A stretch of 64,000 bases of DNA from NCBI GenBank assembly GCA_951406725.2, contig OX597832.1:41602001-41666000 (forward strand), read 5' to 3'. Shown here in pieces: positions 52,622 through 64,000 of this stretch. The translations under genes and the position numbers were made by a program. The first letter of the stretch is position 1, and each line of letters starts with the position of its first letter. Below the pieces are notes generated by a model that was not told where the DNA came from, did not search any database, and was given only the letters and a program-made list of their open reading frames with translations. The stretch comes from Octopus vulgaris (Eukaryota).

Positions 52622-54426
52622 GATGATAAAAATACCAGCAACTATGTAGTTTGGGTTTCAACCTTACTATGATCTTGTTATTGGTACCAGACTTATTACA
52701 TCACTCTGTTTATAACCAATAGTCCCTCCACTCTGCTTCTAGCATTTCAATTTAGATATGCTTCCCTCTCTTTGTCCTGTAAGTCACAAAGGCACACGTG
52801 TCTCCACTCCTGTCTGACAAAGTTATAAAATTATTCATTTCTAATTTAGGCACAAAGCCAGAAATTTCTAAGGGAGAGTAACAGCTGATAACATCGACCC
52901 CAATATATGATGGGTAGTTTATTTTATTAACTCCTGAAGGTTCAAAGACAAATTTAATCTCAGCAGGATTTGAACTCAGAATGTAGAGGGCGAGAAGAAA
53001 TACTGCAAGGCATTTTTTTCAGACACTCTAACCATTTTGCTAATCCACTGCCCTTAAGTTATCAATAAAATAAAGACAAGTCTCTCTTCATTTCTACATA
53101 AACTGCTTTTATTCAATTTCTTTTTCATTCACCATGCTACTGTTACTTAAATGGATTTTGTATATTTTTGTTTCTTCTTCTTTTTTTTATTCAGAGTCGA
53201 CAATGTAACAAGAAAACCATTTTATTTGATTAGCCCAATCATGTAACCTATTGTAGTATTGATCCGTCACTGATGAACTAATTTCCATGAAGATCATCAT
53301 CATCATCATCATCATCATCATTTTAATGTCCACCTTTTCATGCTTGTACAAGCTGGATGGAATTTGCTGAGGTGAATTTTTCTATGGCTAGATACCCTTC
53401 CTGTTGAGCTCAGAATGTAAAGAGCTGAGACAAATGCCATAAAGTGTCCAGTTCAATGCTCTTACAGTTTTGCCAATACCACACTGATACTTTTTTATTG
53501 CCCCCAAAAGAATGAAAGGCAAAGTAGACCATGAAGTGAAGTTGATTTTGAGGAGTGACTTGTGGTGACACAGTTGTAGAAAAGATACCAGATGATCTTG
53601 GAATGTTAACAGAATACCAGATCATCTTAGAATGTTAACAGGTCCTCAATCAATGACCAAAAGCTTGTATAACACATCTATTTCAACACCATAAATACAG
53701 ATGACAGCTAAGCATTGACCCTAAAAATCTCAACAAAGGTTTTTTTTTTTGAAATGTTTATATGTCCTTTAATTAACTCAGTACAGTGAAGTAAATGGGA
53801 AAACTAAATCATTTGTAGAATATTGCAGTAAAAATGGAATTAATTATGACATGAAATAATCATTATCATCATAACTACCATCATCATCACAACCACCATC
53901 ACCACTATTACTACCATCCTCATCATTATCATCACCCTTGCCGTTATCATTGACGTCATCACGGTTGTTTTCATAATCATCTTCATCACCATCATAACCA
54001 ATGTCATCATCATTGTTGTTGTCTTTGCAGTCCTGAAAATCATCCGCATCAACACAACATCCATCTCCACCCCCGCCCCACCCATCATCATCATTATCAT
54101 CACCAATGACGACAACAACAACAACACCATCACAACTCCTGCTACTACCACCAACTACCATCGTTATCATCATGATCAACAGCAGCAACAACCCACAAAC
54201 ACACATACATACTAACTACAATTACCCCAAAATAACCTCATTATTCGTTATTATCAAGTGTTAAAATACATATTAAAGTGATTTTCTTCATGAAAAATTC
54301 CTAATATTGATTATTAATATTGAAAATAAAACTATATTGTCACATTGGAGCCTCTTTCATATAAAGATAACATATTGGGGTAAAATATTGGAAAAACTTA
54401 AATAGAAAGAAAGTAAACATAGAACT

Positions 54427-54679
54427 CATCATCATCATCATCATCATCAACATCCTCTTTCCATGCTAGCATGGGTTGGATGATTTTGACTGAGGGCTGG
54501 TGAACCAGATGGCTGCACCAGGCCCCAATCTTGATCTGGTAGAGTTTCTACAGCTGGATGCCCTTCCTAACACCAACCATTCCGAGAGTGTAAGTGTGTG
54601 CTTTTTACGTGCCACCGGCACAGGGGCCAGTCAGACAGTAATGGCAATGACCTCGCTCGAATCTTTTTACACATGCCAA
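54427..54679 (-). mobile_element. Family C SINE abutting a family D copy
   Basis: Reverse-complement match with a (cat)n tail. Confidence 0.87.
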
Positions 54680-54681
54680 CA

Positions 54682-55061
54682 GGAGGCGCAATGGCCCAGT
54701 GGTTAGGGCAGCAGACTCACGGTCGGAGGATCGCGGTTTCGATTCCCAGACTGGGCATTGTGTGTGTTTATTGAGCGAAAACACCTAAAGCTCCACAAGC
54801 CTCCGGCAGGGGGTGGTGGCGACCCCTGTTGGACTCTTTCACCCCAACTTTCTCTCACTCTTTCTTCCTGTTTATTGTCCTCGACTTTCTACACAACCAC
54901 TGAGCCTGGATGTGCATTCATCCATCCGTTGATGCTCTCGGTGTCAGGGGTTGACCTGCTTTCTCTTCTGCAGGTCTTACAAATAGCAAAGGACCACATT
55001 TCGGACTTCTCCCACTACAGAGGCGCAATCTTGTGAGCTCTGGGACGAAGACCGCTTTACT
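54682..55061 (+). mobile_element. Family D SINE, tail type 2
   Basis: Colinear with 39068-39415; ends in (caa/cag)n. Confidence 0.87.
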
Positions 55062-55099
55062 CAACAGCAACAGCAGCAACAACAACACCAACAATAAAT

Positions 55100-56520
55100 G
55101 GATTGGCAGAATCATTAGAGCATCAAACAAAACGACTTGTAATATTTAATCACAACCCTCTGTAATCTGTGTTCAAATCACACCAAAGTCAACTTTGTAT
55201 TTCATCCTTCCAGGGTTGGTAAAGTAAGTACTAATTGCGAACAATGGCTGACACAACTGACCAAAACCCCACTCCAAAATTGCTGACCTTGTACCTTAAT
55301 AAGAAATCATTCTGATTAGGGTTATCGATTAGTAGAGTTGAGTGTATTTCGTCTGGCTCTTTATGCTCTGAGTACAAATTTCGTCACAGTCAACTTTGCT
55401 TGTGGAATTGTTAGAACGTCAGACAAAATGCCGAGTAGTATTTCATTACATATCTTTACATGCTGAGTTCAAATCTTGCCAAAGTTAACTTTGCTTTTCA
55501 TCTTTTTGAGCTCAATAAAAATAAAATACTTAAAGAAAATATAGCATTTGTGAGTGGAGAAAACTTTCATCACCAGCCTATGATTGTCTCATTCTGAGGA
55601 CGGATAACCACCTAGAAACCCAGGTCTGTGTCACGTAAAGCTAGAGATGAGAGAGATGACCTCCCTCGCAAATGCTATACAGACACAGACTGTGTGTCAA
55701 TAGCCAGCTGGAAAACAGGTTTTCCTGGGACTAAAACAACAGTAACATCGCCCTTTATAGGACTGCAACATTCTGTTGGCTTATAAACATTACTACTCTA
55801 TACAGCATTTACCCAGTGAAATTAAACTCCCACCAGCAAGCATTACACACTTAACACACAATACAAGCAGTAACACAACAAAAGACAGCACCACACCTCA
55901 ATGAAAGAAAGCTAACAATACGGTACCAGGAAGAGTTTGCACACTCCCTACAGAAGAAAAGAACACACAATGTTGCATACACTCCAGCAACACGGAGACA
56001 TAGCAGGTGATTCAGTAGAAATTTGCCTCAATCTACCAAATATTGAACAGTTATACAATATAATAAGGTGATGAGTTGGTAGAATCATTAGGATGCTGGA
56101 CAAAATGATGCTAAGCATTTTGTCTATATTTATGTTTAAACTTCAAAATCTGAGGCCAACTTGCCTTTCATCCTTTTGAGGTTATTATTTAAATAAGTAT
56201 CAGTTGAGCACTGGGAGCCGATGTAATCAACTATACCCCTTCCTCCAAAATCTCATACCTCCAGCCTATAATAGAAAGGACTATTATTATTATTATTATT
56301 GAGATGGTAGAATTGTTAGTGTGTCAGACAAAATGCTTAAAAAGCATTTCTTCTGGCTTGACTTTCTGGTTTCAAATTCCACCAAGGTCAACTTGCCTTT
56401 CATCTTTTTGGAGTTGATAAAATAAGTAGCAGTCAAGCGCTTGTGTTGATGCAATCAACTAGACCCTCCCTCGAACATTTCAGGCCTTGTGCCTACAGTA
56501 GAAAGGATTATTTATAATTA
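55100..56520 (+). mobile_element. Cluster of about 5 old family-B-related SINE copies, same orientation
   Basis: Repeated gg(c/t)agaat..ttag..caaaatg...gttcaaat..caacttgcctttcatc motifs near 55104, 55330, 55404, 56067 and 56302. Confidence 0.75.
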
Positions 56521-56954
56521 GTATTATAATTAGTGGTGACAGTAATGATGATGGTGGTGGTGGGTGGGTGGTAGTAGTAGTAGTAGTAGTAGTACAAGGA
56601 GGAGGAGGAAAAGCAGCAGCAGCAGCAGCAGAGGCAGTAAAATCAGGATGTTTGAAGTTATCACAGATCAAACATTAAGGAAAATAATTAGGAACAGGCT
56701 ATTGATTTGAATTAATTTCCTTTCCCTTTGAGATCGGTCTAGTTTCTCTCCCAGCTCATCAACGAAAGGATTGATCTCAGCTTGTTTAATATCATCATCA
56801 CTTCCTAACAGTTTTGCATGTTTCACTCTAAGTTGATAAGCTGTATCTAATGTTCGTTGTTCAAATCCCACCAAAGTCGAATTTACTACAGTGATAAATT
56901 GACACATAAAAATTGACATGTAAAAATTGACACGTAAAAATTGACACGTAAAGA

Positions 56955-57208
56955 CACATAAAAAGCACCATCCGATCGTGGCCGTTTGCCAGCCTCGTCT
57001 GGCCCCTGTGCAGGTGGCACGTAAAAAGCACCCACTACACTCACGGAGTGGTTGGCGTTAGGAAGGGCATCCAGCTGTAGAAACACTGCCAGATCAGACT
57101 GGGCCTGGTGCAGCCTTCTGGCTTCCCAGACCCCAGTTGAACCGTCCAACCCATGCCAGCATGGAGAACGGACGTTAAACGATGATGATGATGATGATGA
57201 TGATGATG
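56955..57208 (+). mobile_element. Family C SINE preceded by 14-bp tandem repeats
   Basis: Consensus match; taaaaattgaca(c/t)g about 4 times at 56893-56951. Confidence 0.88.
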
Positions 57209-57495
57209 TTATAGCATCAAATATATAGTTATAGCACTTGTGATGTGTGGTTAAGAAGGTGCAGGTATGGTTGTGTAGGTAAGAGGTCTGCTTCCCAACC
57301 GCATGGCTGTAAGGACCTATGAGTACTACGATGTCCAAGGCACAACACGAGTGACCATTGTGTTGCACCTTGGGCACTTTGAACTGAATGATTAAGACAT
57401 GATTAAGACTGAATGATTAAGACAAGAACAAAACTGCTGTCACTGTTACCACCACCCCCACCCCCACCCCCACCCCCACCTCCAACACCACCATC

Positions 57496-57529
<34 letters not shown>

Positions 57530-57669
57530 TCATCATTTTACATTTACTTTTCCATGCTGGTATGGTTAAGATGAGTTGTCACTATGAGAGTCAGTTCTTA
57601 TTCAAAGGTGCTGCTCTCCAAGACAAGTCGGTTACCACATCTTATTCATACATTTCATTTGTTAGCATA

Positions 57670-57835
57670 GGCACAGGTGTGGCTGTGTGGTAAGTAGCTT
57701 GTTTACCAACCACATGGTTCCGGGTTCAGTCCCACTGTGTGGCACCTTGGGCAAGTTTTTTTCTACTATAGCCTCGGGCCGACCAAAGCCTTGTGAGTGG
57801 ATTTGGTAGACGGAAACTGAAAGAAGCCCGTCGTA

Positions 57836-57874
<39 letters not shown>

Positions 57875-58090
57875 GCGTGTGTGTTTGTGTGTCTGTGTTT
57901 GTCCCTCTAGCATTGCTTGACAACCGATGCTGGTTTATGTCCCCATTACTTAGCGGTTCAGCAAAAGAGACCGATAGAATAAGTACTGGGCTTACAAAAG
58001 AATAAGTCCTGGGGTCGAGTTGCTCGATTGAAGGTGGTGCTCCAGCATGGCTACAGTCAAATGACTGAAACAAGTAAAAGAGTAAAAAGA
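57670..58090 (+). mobile_element. Family A SINE, full length
   Basis: Near-consensus. Confidence 0.92.
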
Positions 58091-58292
58091 GAGAGTTCTA
58101 TGGCTGAATGGCCTTCCAATCACCAGCTATGGCCCACTGGATCAAAGCTGACCTATGGTTGAACAAAATACATCATTATTCCAGAAATACTCTTCTGTTT
58201 TCTAAACGAACATCTATGATTTTTATAAAAAAAGATTGGGTGGGACTGAATAAGCTTTCACAAACCAGGCCTCTTTATTCAGCAGTCTTTAA

Positions 58293-58512
58293 CCCTTTCG
58301 TTACCAACCCGGCTGAAACCAGCCTTGGCTCTGAATACAAATGTCTTGTTCTCATAAGTTTTGAATTAAAATCTTCCACCAAACCTTAGTCACAATTTAT
58401 GTTCCTAACACTAGCTGAATGATAACTAAGTATTTTTACTAAATTCTTTGTTATATTTAAAGTAATTGTAAGAAACACAGAGCATCTCAAAATAAATACG
58501 GTAACAAAAGGG
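58293..58512 (+). mobile_element. piggyBac-type MITE, copy 1 of a pair
   Basis: TTAA at 58289-58292 and 58513-58516; TIR ccctttcgttacc / ggtaacaaaaggg. Confidence 0.93.
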
Positions 58513-58543
58513 TTAAAATATATAATAGAGAAACAATTCTTAA

Positions 58544-58764
58544 CCCTTTCGTTACCAACCCCAGCTGAAACCACCTCTGGCTCTGAGTACAAATGTCTTG
58601 TTTTCACAAGTTTTGAATTAAAATCTTCCACCAAACCTTAGTCACAATTTATGTTCATAACACTAGCTGAATGATAACTAAGTATTTTTACTAAATTCTT
58701 TGTTATATTTAAAGTAATTGTAAGAAACACAGAGCATCTCAAAATAAATAGAGTAATGAAAGGG
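58544..58764 (+). mobile_element. piggyBac-type MITE, copy 2 of a pair
   Basis: TTAA at 58540-58543 and 58765-58768; same family. Confidence 0.93.
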
Positions 58765-59263
58765 TTAATTAGTAAAGCAAACTTTCTTTGACATGTTTAT
58801 CCATCAGTGGTCAAAGTTGCCCAATGAAGTCTGAGAGATTAACCAAAACTGTTGGTTACATGAAAAATGAAGTCGATAAATGTTAGAAAGGAAAAAAACA
58901 AAATCTCCAATGTAAGGAGTGGGGTGTAACAAGTGGGAAAAAAATATTCTCTGCTAGATATAATTGTATTAATAATGTACACACGAAGTGCATAATGAGA
59001 TGACGATGATGATGATGATAATGATAGCAACAACACCAACAATTAAAGTTAATAGTGATAAGTGGTGATGGTGGTAGGGATGCTGGGTGGGGGGTGGAAG
59101 TGATGGTCTTGTAAAAACAATGAAAGCAATTGAGAGGCAATCTGCATCAAACTACCCTACCCTGTTCACTAAAACCAGTGTGTTTCGTGCTAATTTCTTC
59201 CAAACAAACAGAGATCTAATTAATTTTGCAGCTATCAATAATGAGATGAATAAATGGAAACCC

Positions 59264-59299
<36 letters not shown>

Positions 59300-59439
59300 A
59301 TTCCACACCACATGTACACATGATAATACACACTCAATCAATAAATTAATTTAACTTCATACTACATGTTTTCCATGTTTATTGTTTCTTTCATTACTGG
59401 TCCTCCATATGTTCCTATCTATCAATCTATTTTCATTAG

Positions 59440-59920
59440 CATCCTCATTTTTAAATTTGCTTTTCCATGCATGCATGCATGGGTTGGATGATTCTTCTTT
59501 TGTGCAGAATTTCACAACTTGCTGTGATCTGTCATCATCTTCATAATATTCAACTTCTTGCGACCAGCCTTCAGCACTTCTTCCATGACACATTTTGCTA
59601 TCTGTCATCATCCATTTGCATTATGTGTTTGTGACAAAGCAGTCTGTTCTCTTCTTCACTATAGGAAGTACCCATCATATCCAGTTTGTCTTTCAGCTCA
59701 TAAATATTCCACTGTTCGTTTTCACTAAGATTACATATTTACCAGAGCATACTTGCCTCATTCTGCACTGATATGCAATCTTCACAACCATGCAATATTG
59801 CACTTCATATGTATGCATCATGTAATCTGCCCTTCATTTGAAGAGAGAACTGTTTTGTTGCATGCAAAATCAGAGCTCTCTGAACCATTTCTGCCTTGTT
59901 CTTCTTACTCTCTAGCACCT
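59440..59920 (-). mobile_element. Decayed RTE LINE (RT C-terminal region) ending in a family C type tail
   Basis: Minus strand FSLQMKGRLHDAYI*SAILHGCED..NEASMLW*ICNLS..ELKDKLD..NRLLCHKHIMQMDDDR (RTE-like K..LY..V.S.LLYG.E.W / MLR / RRL.W.GHV.RM), then catccaacccatgc..gcatggaaaagc. Confidence 0.75.
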
Positions 59921-59942
59921 ATGATAATTAGGTCACCTAGGT

Positions 59943-60589
59943 CAGGGGTCCCCAGCCACTGAGCCTTGAAGTGTACCAGGCCACAAATCATTTCATACTG
60001 AGCTGCACAGAAAGAATAACTTTCAAAATTTTATTTCTTTTTCACTGACTATCACAGTCTGCAATGTTTTTGTATTAATTATGTACTGCATATGTAATTT
60101 ATATGTATTATATACGTAATAATTAAATCATATCTTATGCACTTTATTGCACCATCCAAGTGTGATCATTGCCAGAGCAGCTATCTGGCCTCTGTGCTGG
60201 TGGGGCGTAAAAAACACCATTTGAGCGGGATCGTTACCAGCATTGCCTTACTGGCACCCGCACCGGTGGCATGTGTAAAAGATTTGAGCGAGGTCGTTGC
60301 CAGTGCCGCCTGACTGACATGTAAAAGCACCCATCACACTCTCGGAATGGTTGGCGTTAGGAAGGGCATCCAGCTGTAGAAACTCTGCCAGATCAAGATT
60401 GAAGCCTGGTGCAGCCATCTGGTTCGCCAGTCCTCAGTCATACGTCCAACTCATGCTAGCATGGAAAGCGGACGTTAAACGATGATGATGATGATGATTG
60501 CATTTTATTATGCATGTGATACCCTGAGCAGTAAAAAAATTGTCTTGCATGAAACTGGTCCAATATGCAAAAATGGTTGAGTTCTATTG
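59943..60589 (+). mobile_element. hAT/Charlie MER1-like non-autonomous element with nested family C SINE (60160-60497)
   Basis: 5' caggggtccccagcc; 3' aaaattgtcttgcatgaaactggtcc..aaaaatggttgagttctattg; degenerate 8-bp TSD acctaggt/acttagtg. Confidence 0.7.
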
Positions 60590-60914
60590 ACTTAGTGAAT
60601 AGAAACTACCATCTACTTTTAGGGAACCTTCTGAACTTTTGAGGCAATCTATTTCATGGGTGATGTTATTGCTCAGAGCCCCTGTGCATCTACAACATAG
60701 AAAGTAATTTTTCTCCCTTGGTCTTCCCATGATCCCAGTACTCATTATGTCACATCCAGATTAACCAGTAAATGATATAAAAACAGGCTTTGGACAAGAA
60801 TTTATATCAGTCATGGTGTAAAGGATAAATAACACATTTTTAATACAGTTAATAAAAATGTGTTGAAAAATTACAGCTTCCATTGCTGTAATTATAAGAA
60901 AATATTTTGTTTAA

Positions 60915-61053
60915 ATCACCACCCCCTGCCTGAGCCTCGTGGAGCTTTAGGTGTTTTCGCTCAATAAACACTCACAATGCCCAGTCTGGGAATCGAAACC
61001 GCGATCCTACGACCGCGGGTCCGCTGCCCTAACCACTGGGCCATTGCGCCTCC
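60915..61053 (-). mobile_element. Family D SINE 5' part
   Basis: Intact tRNA-like head; directly abuts the Penelope-like fragment. Confidence 0.85.
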
Positions 61054-61210
61054 ACGTGTGTACCGTTGGCAATTTTTTTCCTCTGTCTTCCCTTCTCTGG
61101 ATCTTTCCTTCTCTTATGTTTCCGACGAAGAGCTCTGCTCGAAACGTTAAACCCGCCCTCTTTCCTGAGCGTCCAATAATACTATATTTGTTCCAATAAT
61201 ACTATATTTG
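61054..61210 (+). mobile_element. Penelope-like pseudo-LTR fragment
   Basis: Homologous to 51787-51962; ends in a duplicated ccaataatactatatttgtt. Confidence 0.7.
61118..61152 (+). ncRNA. Minimal type-I hammerhead ribozyme motif (U4C variant)
   Basis: GUUU-CCGACGA-A-GAGC-UCU-GCUC-GAA-AC-GU-U-AAAC; predicted cleavage after GUU. Confidence 0.65.
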
Positions 61211-61691
61211 TTTGGATTAACTTTATATATATATATATATATACACACACATTCACAATGTTAATAACAGCTACATATTGTAGATGAAACAGTAGTAATC
61301 TAAGTTTAATGATATCACGCAAAGTGTATAGTTAACAAAACACTTAGAAGAAATAACCAGTGGAAATATTCCATATTTTTATTCCATGGCATAATTGTGG
61401 TCCATTCTTTCCATTTAAAAAAAATTCCATATAGACATAAAGTCATAGCACTAACTAGAGGGAATGAGACAATTAAGCGTATGTATTTGGATGCTGATAA
61501 CTTGGCACAGCTAACTGGACAGTCAACCTGTTTTGGCGGCAGTACATCTTGGCATTAGAGGTGTGTGCGCATGCACACACACACATGGATGCTCAGAAAT
61601 ATACACATGCAGATAGAGAGAATGAGAGAGGGAGAGAGGATGAGAGAGAGAGAGAGAGAGGAGAAGAAAAAATATTAAAACGTCTGATATC

Positions 61692-61910
61692 TATTTCTTT
61701 ACTACCCACAAGGGAGAGGACAAACAAGGACAGACAAAGGGATTAAGTTGGTTATATCGATCCCAGTGCATAACTGGTACTTATTTAATCGACCCCGAAG
61801 GATGAAAGACAAAGTCGATCTCGGTAGAATTTGAACTCAGAATGTAACGACAGACGAAACACGGCTATGCATTTCGCCCGGCGTGGTAACAATTCTGCCA
61901 GCTCGCCGCC
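61692..61910 (-). mobile_element. Family B SINE
   Basis: 9-bp TSD tctgatatc at 61683-61691 and 61911-61919. Confidence 0.9.
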
Positions 61911-62589
61911 TCTGATATCAAGTAAGTCAATGTTGAATCAGTGACACATGTCAAATCAGCAACACCAAAATGCTGTGCAGAAACTCCTTATGCCCCTGAA
62001 TATCAATTGAGCCTTTGGGTACTCATTGAATAAATTATCTTGCTAAGATGAACTAAAATTGTAGTGTCTTCGTTCGTGTGCACCTATCAGAAACAAAGAG
62101 GAGTAGAAACACAAAGAGAGTAGAACACAAAGAGAGTAGAGAGGACTCTTGCCAGGGATAAGATAACTTCTCCAGTCTCACAATAAAATTCCTCCAAGTA
62201 CTCTCTCTAAAGTGGTTGGCAAATGAATGGAGACAACGTAGAGTAGGAAGGACTCTTTTAGTTTTACCAAGGACAAGACAAAATTCTTAGTGTTGGTGCC
62301 ACGCGAAAATACACGATAAATTCTGTAAAGTGGTTGACAGCAGGAAGAGCATTCAAGGAAACATTCCAAAACAGAATGTGCAAGTGAGATGTAGTCCATG
62401 ACCCAAACAAGAGGTCAGAAGGTCTTAATATGAGCTTATTTGGTCCCCGACGACCCATCCAACTATTGATGGCATGGAAAAGCAGATGTAAAATAATGAT
62501 GACAATGATGACGACGATGATGTGTGTGCACATGTATAGGCGAGAGAGAGAAGGAGAAAGAGTGAGAGAGAGAGTGTGAGTGAGTGAGT

Positions 62590-62653
<64 letters not shown>

Positions 62654-63414
62654 AAAGGGTGTAATGTTTTTTTCCTTTTTGCAGTACAGGTGATTCTGAG
62701 GTGAGGTTACACTAAAAATGTTTAGGTCAGTCAATGACAACATAGGACCTCCCAGACAACTAGAAACAACCTAAACGTTCAGAATGAAAATTTATTATAT
62801 TACAGACCTGTACAACCCACATCAACACGTAATTAAAAATTAAAGAGCAAAGGAATGTTTGTTTGTTTTTTATATATTTTTTATGTTGAGAATAAACTAA
62901 ATAAATGAGTTGGTAATGACCAGCTGTAATAATTTTTCTTTTAATTATAAACATGAATGTCCTTGAGAAAGGTATGAATGTCTCTCAATTTCATTTTCCA
63001 CCACATCTTCCTTCGTTCCCTAATGAAAATGATGCATTATGCTGAACTATAACAAAAATCAATAATAAGATAAAAAAAAATAAGGTAAGACTCAAACACA
63101 GAGAAAAGACTACCAAAAGGTGACAACAACAACTAATAAAAAAGCAAAAATCAAAATGTCGGTAGTCAATCAACCGTTGTAAACACGAAGACAGTATCAC
63201 AGAGATACCATTTTTTTTTTTCCACATAAAAGCAGACACGGATACTCATCACATCTACCCTTTCTCTCGAATGTACACGTACACATTGGTATACATAAAG
63301 TATATTAGTCATATAGACGCAAAGATACAAATACTGACTGATACTGAAAGACACACAAGGCCTTACACACGCAAATACACGTCTACACAGAGACACCAAC
63401 ACATAAACACACAC

Positions 63415-64000
63415 ACACAAACACAAACACAGATGCTCTGTCACAAACATATACATGTATCCATACACACACACACAGATGCTCTGTCACACACATATAC
63501 ATGTATCCACACACACACACGCACACAAACACAGATGCTCTGTCACACACATATACATGTATCCACACACACACACACACACACAAACACAGATGCTGTC
63601 ACACACATATACATGTATCCACACACACACACACAAACACAGATACTCTGTCACACACATATACATGTATCCACACACACACACACACACAAACACAGAT
63701 ACACAGTCACACACATAAACATGTATCCACACACACACACACACAAACACAGATACTCAGTCACACACATATACATGTATCCACACACACACACACAAAC
63801 AAACACAGATACTCTGTCACACACATATACATGTATCCACACACACACACACACACAAACACAGATACACAGTCACACACATAAACATGTATCCATACAC
63901 ACACACACACACAAACACAGATACTCAGTCACACACATATACATGTATCCACACACACACACACACAAACACATGCTCTGTCACACACATATACATGTAT
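63415..64000. repeat. Minisatellite, ~45-62-bp unit with variable (CA)n spacer, about 10 units, runs off the window
   Basis: Unit acaaacacagat(a/g)ctctgtcacacacatatacatgtatcc(ac)n. Confidence 0.95.

Noticed and set aside
56700-56845. Protein-looking minus-strand stretch YQLRVKHAKLLGSDDDIKQAEINPFVDELGEKLDRSQRERK
   Set aside because: No pyrimidine-rich acceptor or donor, no recognisable family, and the ORF start lies in repeats; a BLASTX hit would be needed.

Overview
This is AT-rich, repeat-saturated eukaryotic non-coding DNA, either a long intron or intergenic sequence. The repeat inventory strongly resembles a coleoid cephalopod (Octopus-type) genome; this is my inference from recognising the repeats, not a database hit. 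I find no supportable host protein-coding gene. The listed ORFs are read-throughs of microsatellites and SINEs, and the only real protein signal comes from decayed transposon proteins. The window holds: (1) at least five SINE-like families, labelled A-E here, plus older relatives; (2) 3' fragments of RTE and CR1 LINEs, several with clean target-site duplications (TSDs); (3) Tc1/mariner remnants; (4) piggyBac-type (TTAA) and hAT/Charlie-type MITEs; (5) a non-autonomous Helitron; (6) Penelope-like fragments with minimal hammerhead motifs; (7) many micro- and minisatellites. Best candidates for follow-up: a young, GC-rich, highly structured 367-bp RTE-derived retroposon with an HDV-ribozyme-like 5' end (42222-42588); minimal hammerheads sharing a non-canonical core (51858, 61118); two minus-strand AG|GTAAG recursive-splice-like sites, each with a short downstream exon-like segment (4502, 30754); a 140-bp near-perfect palindrome (4777-4916); and a decayed RTE LINE whose 3' end matches the family C SINE tail. 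All coordinates were read by eye, so boundaries of degraded repeats are approximate.
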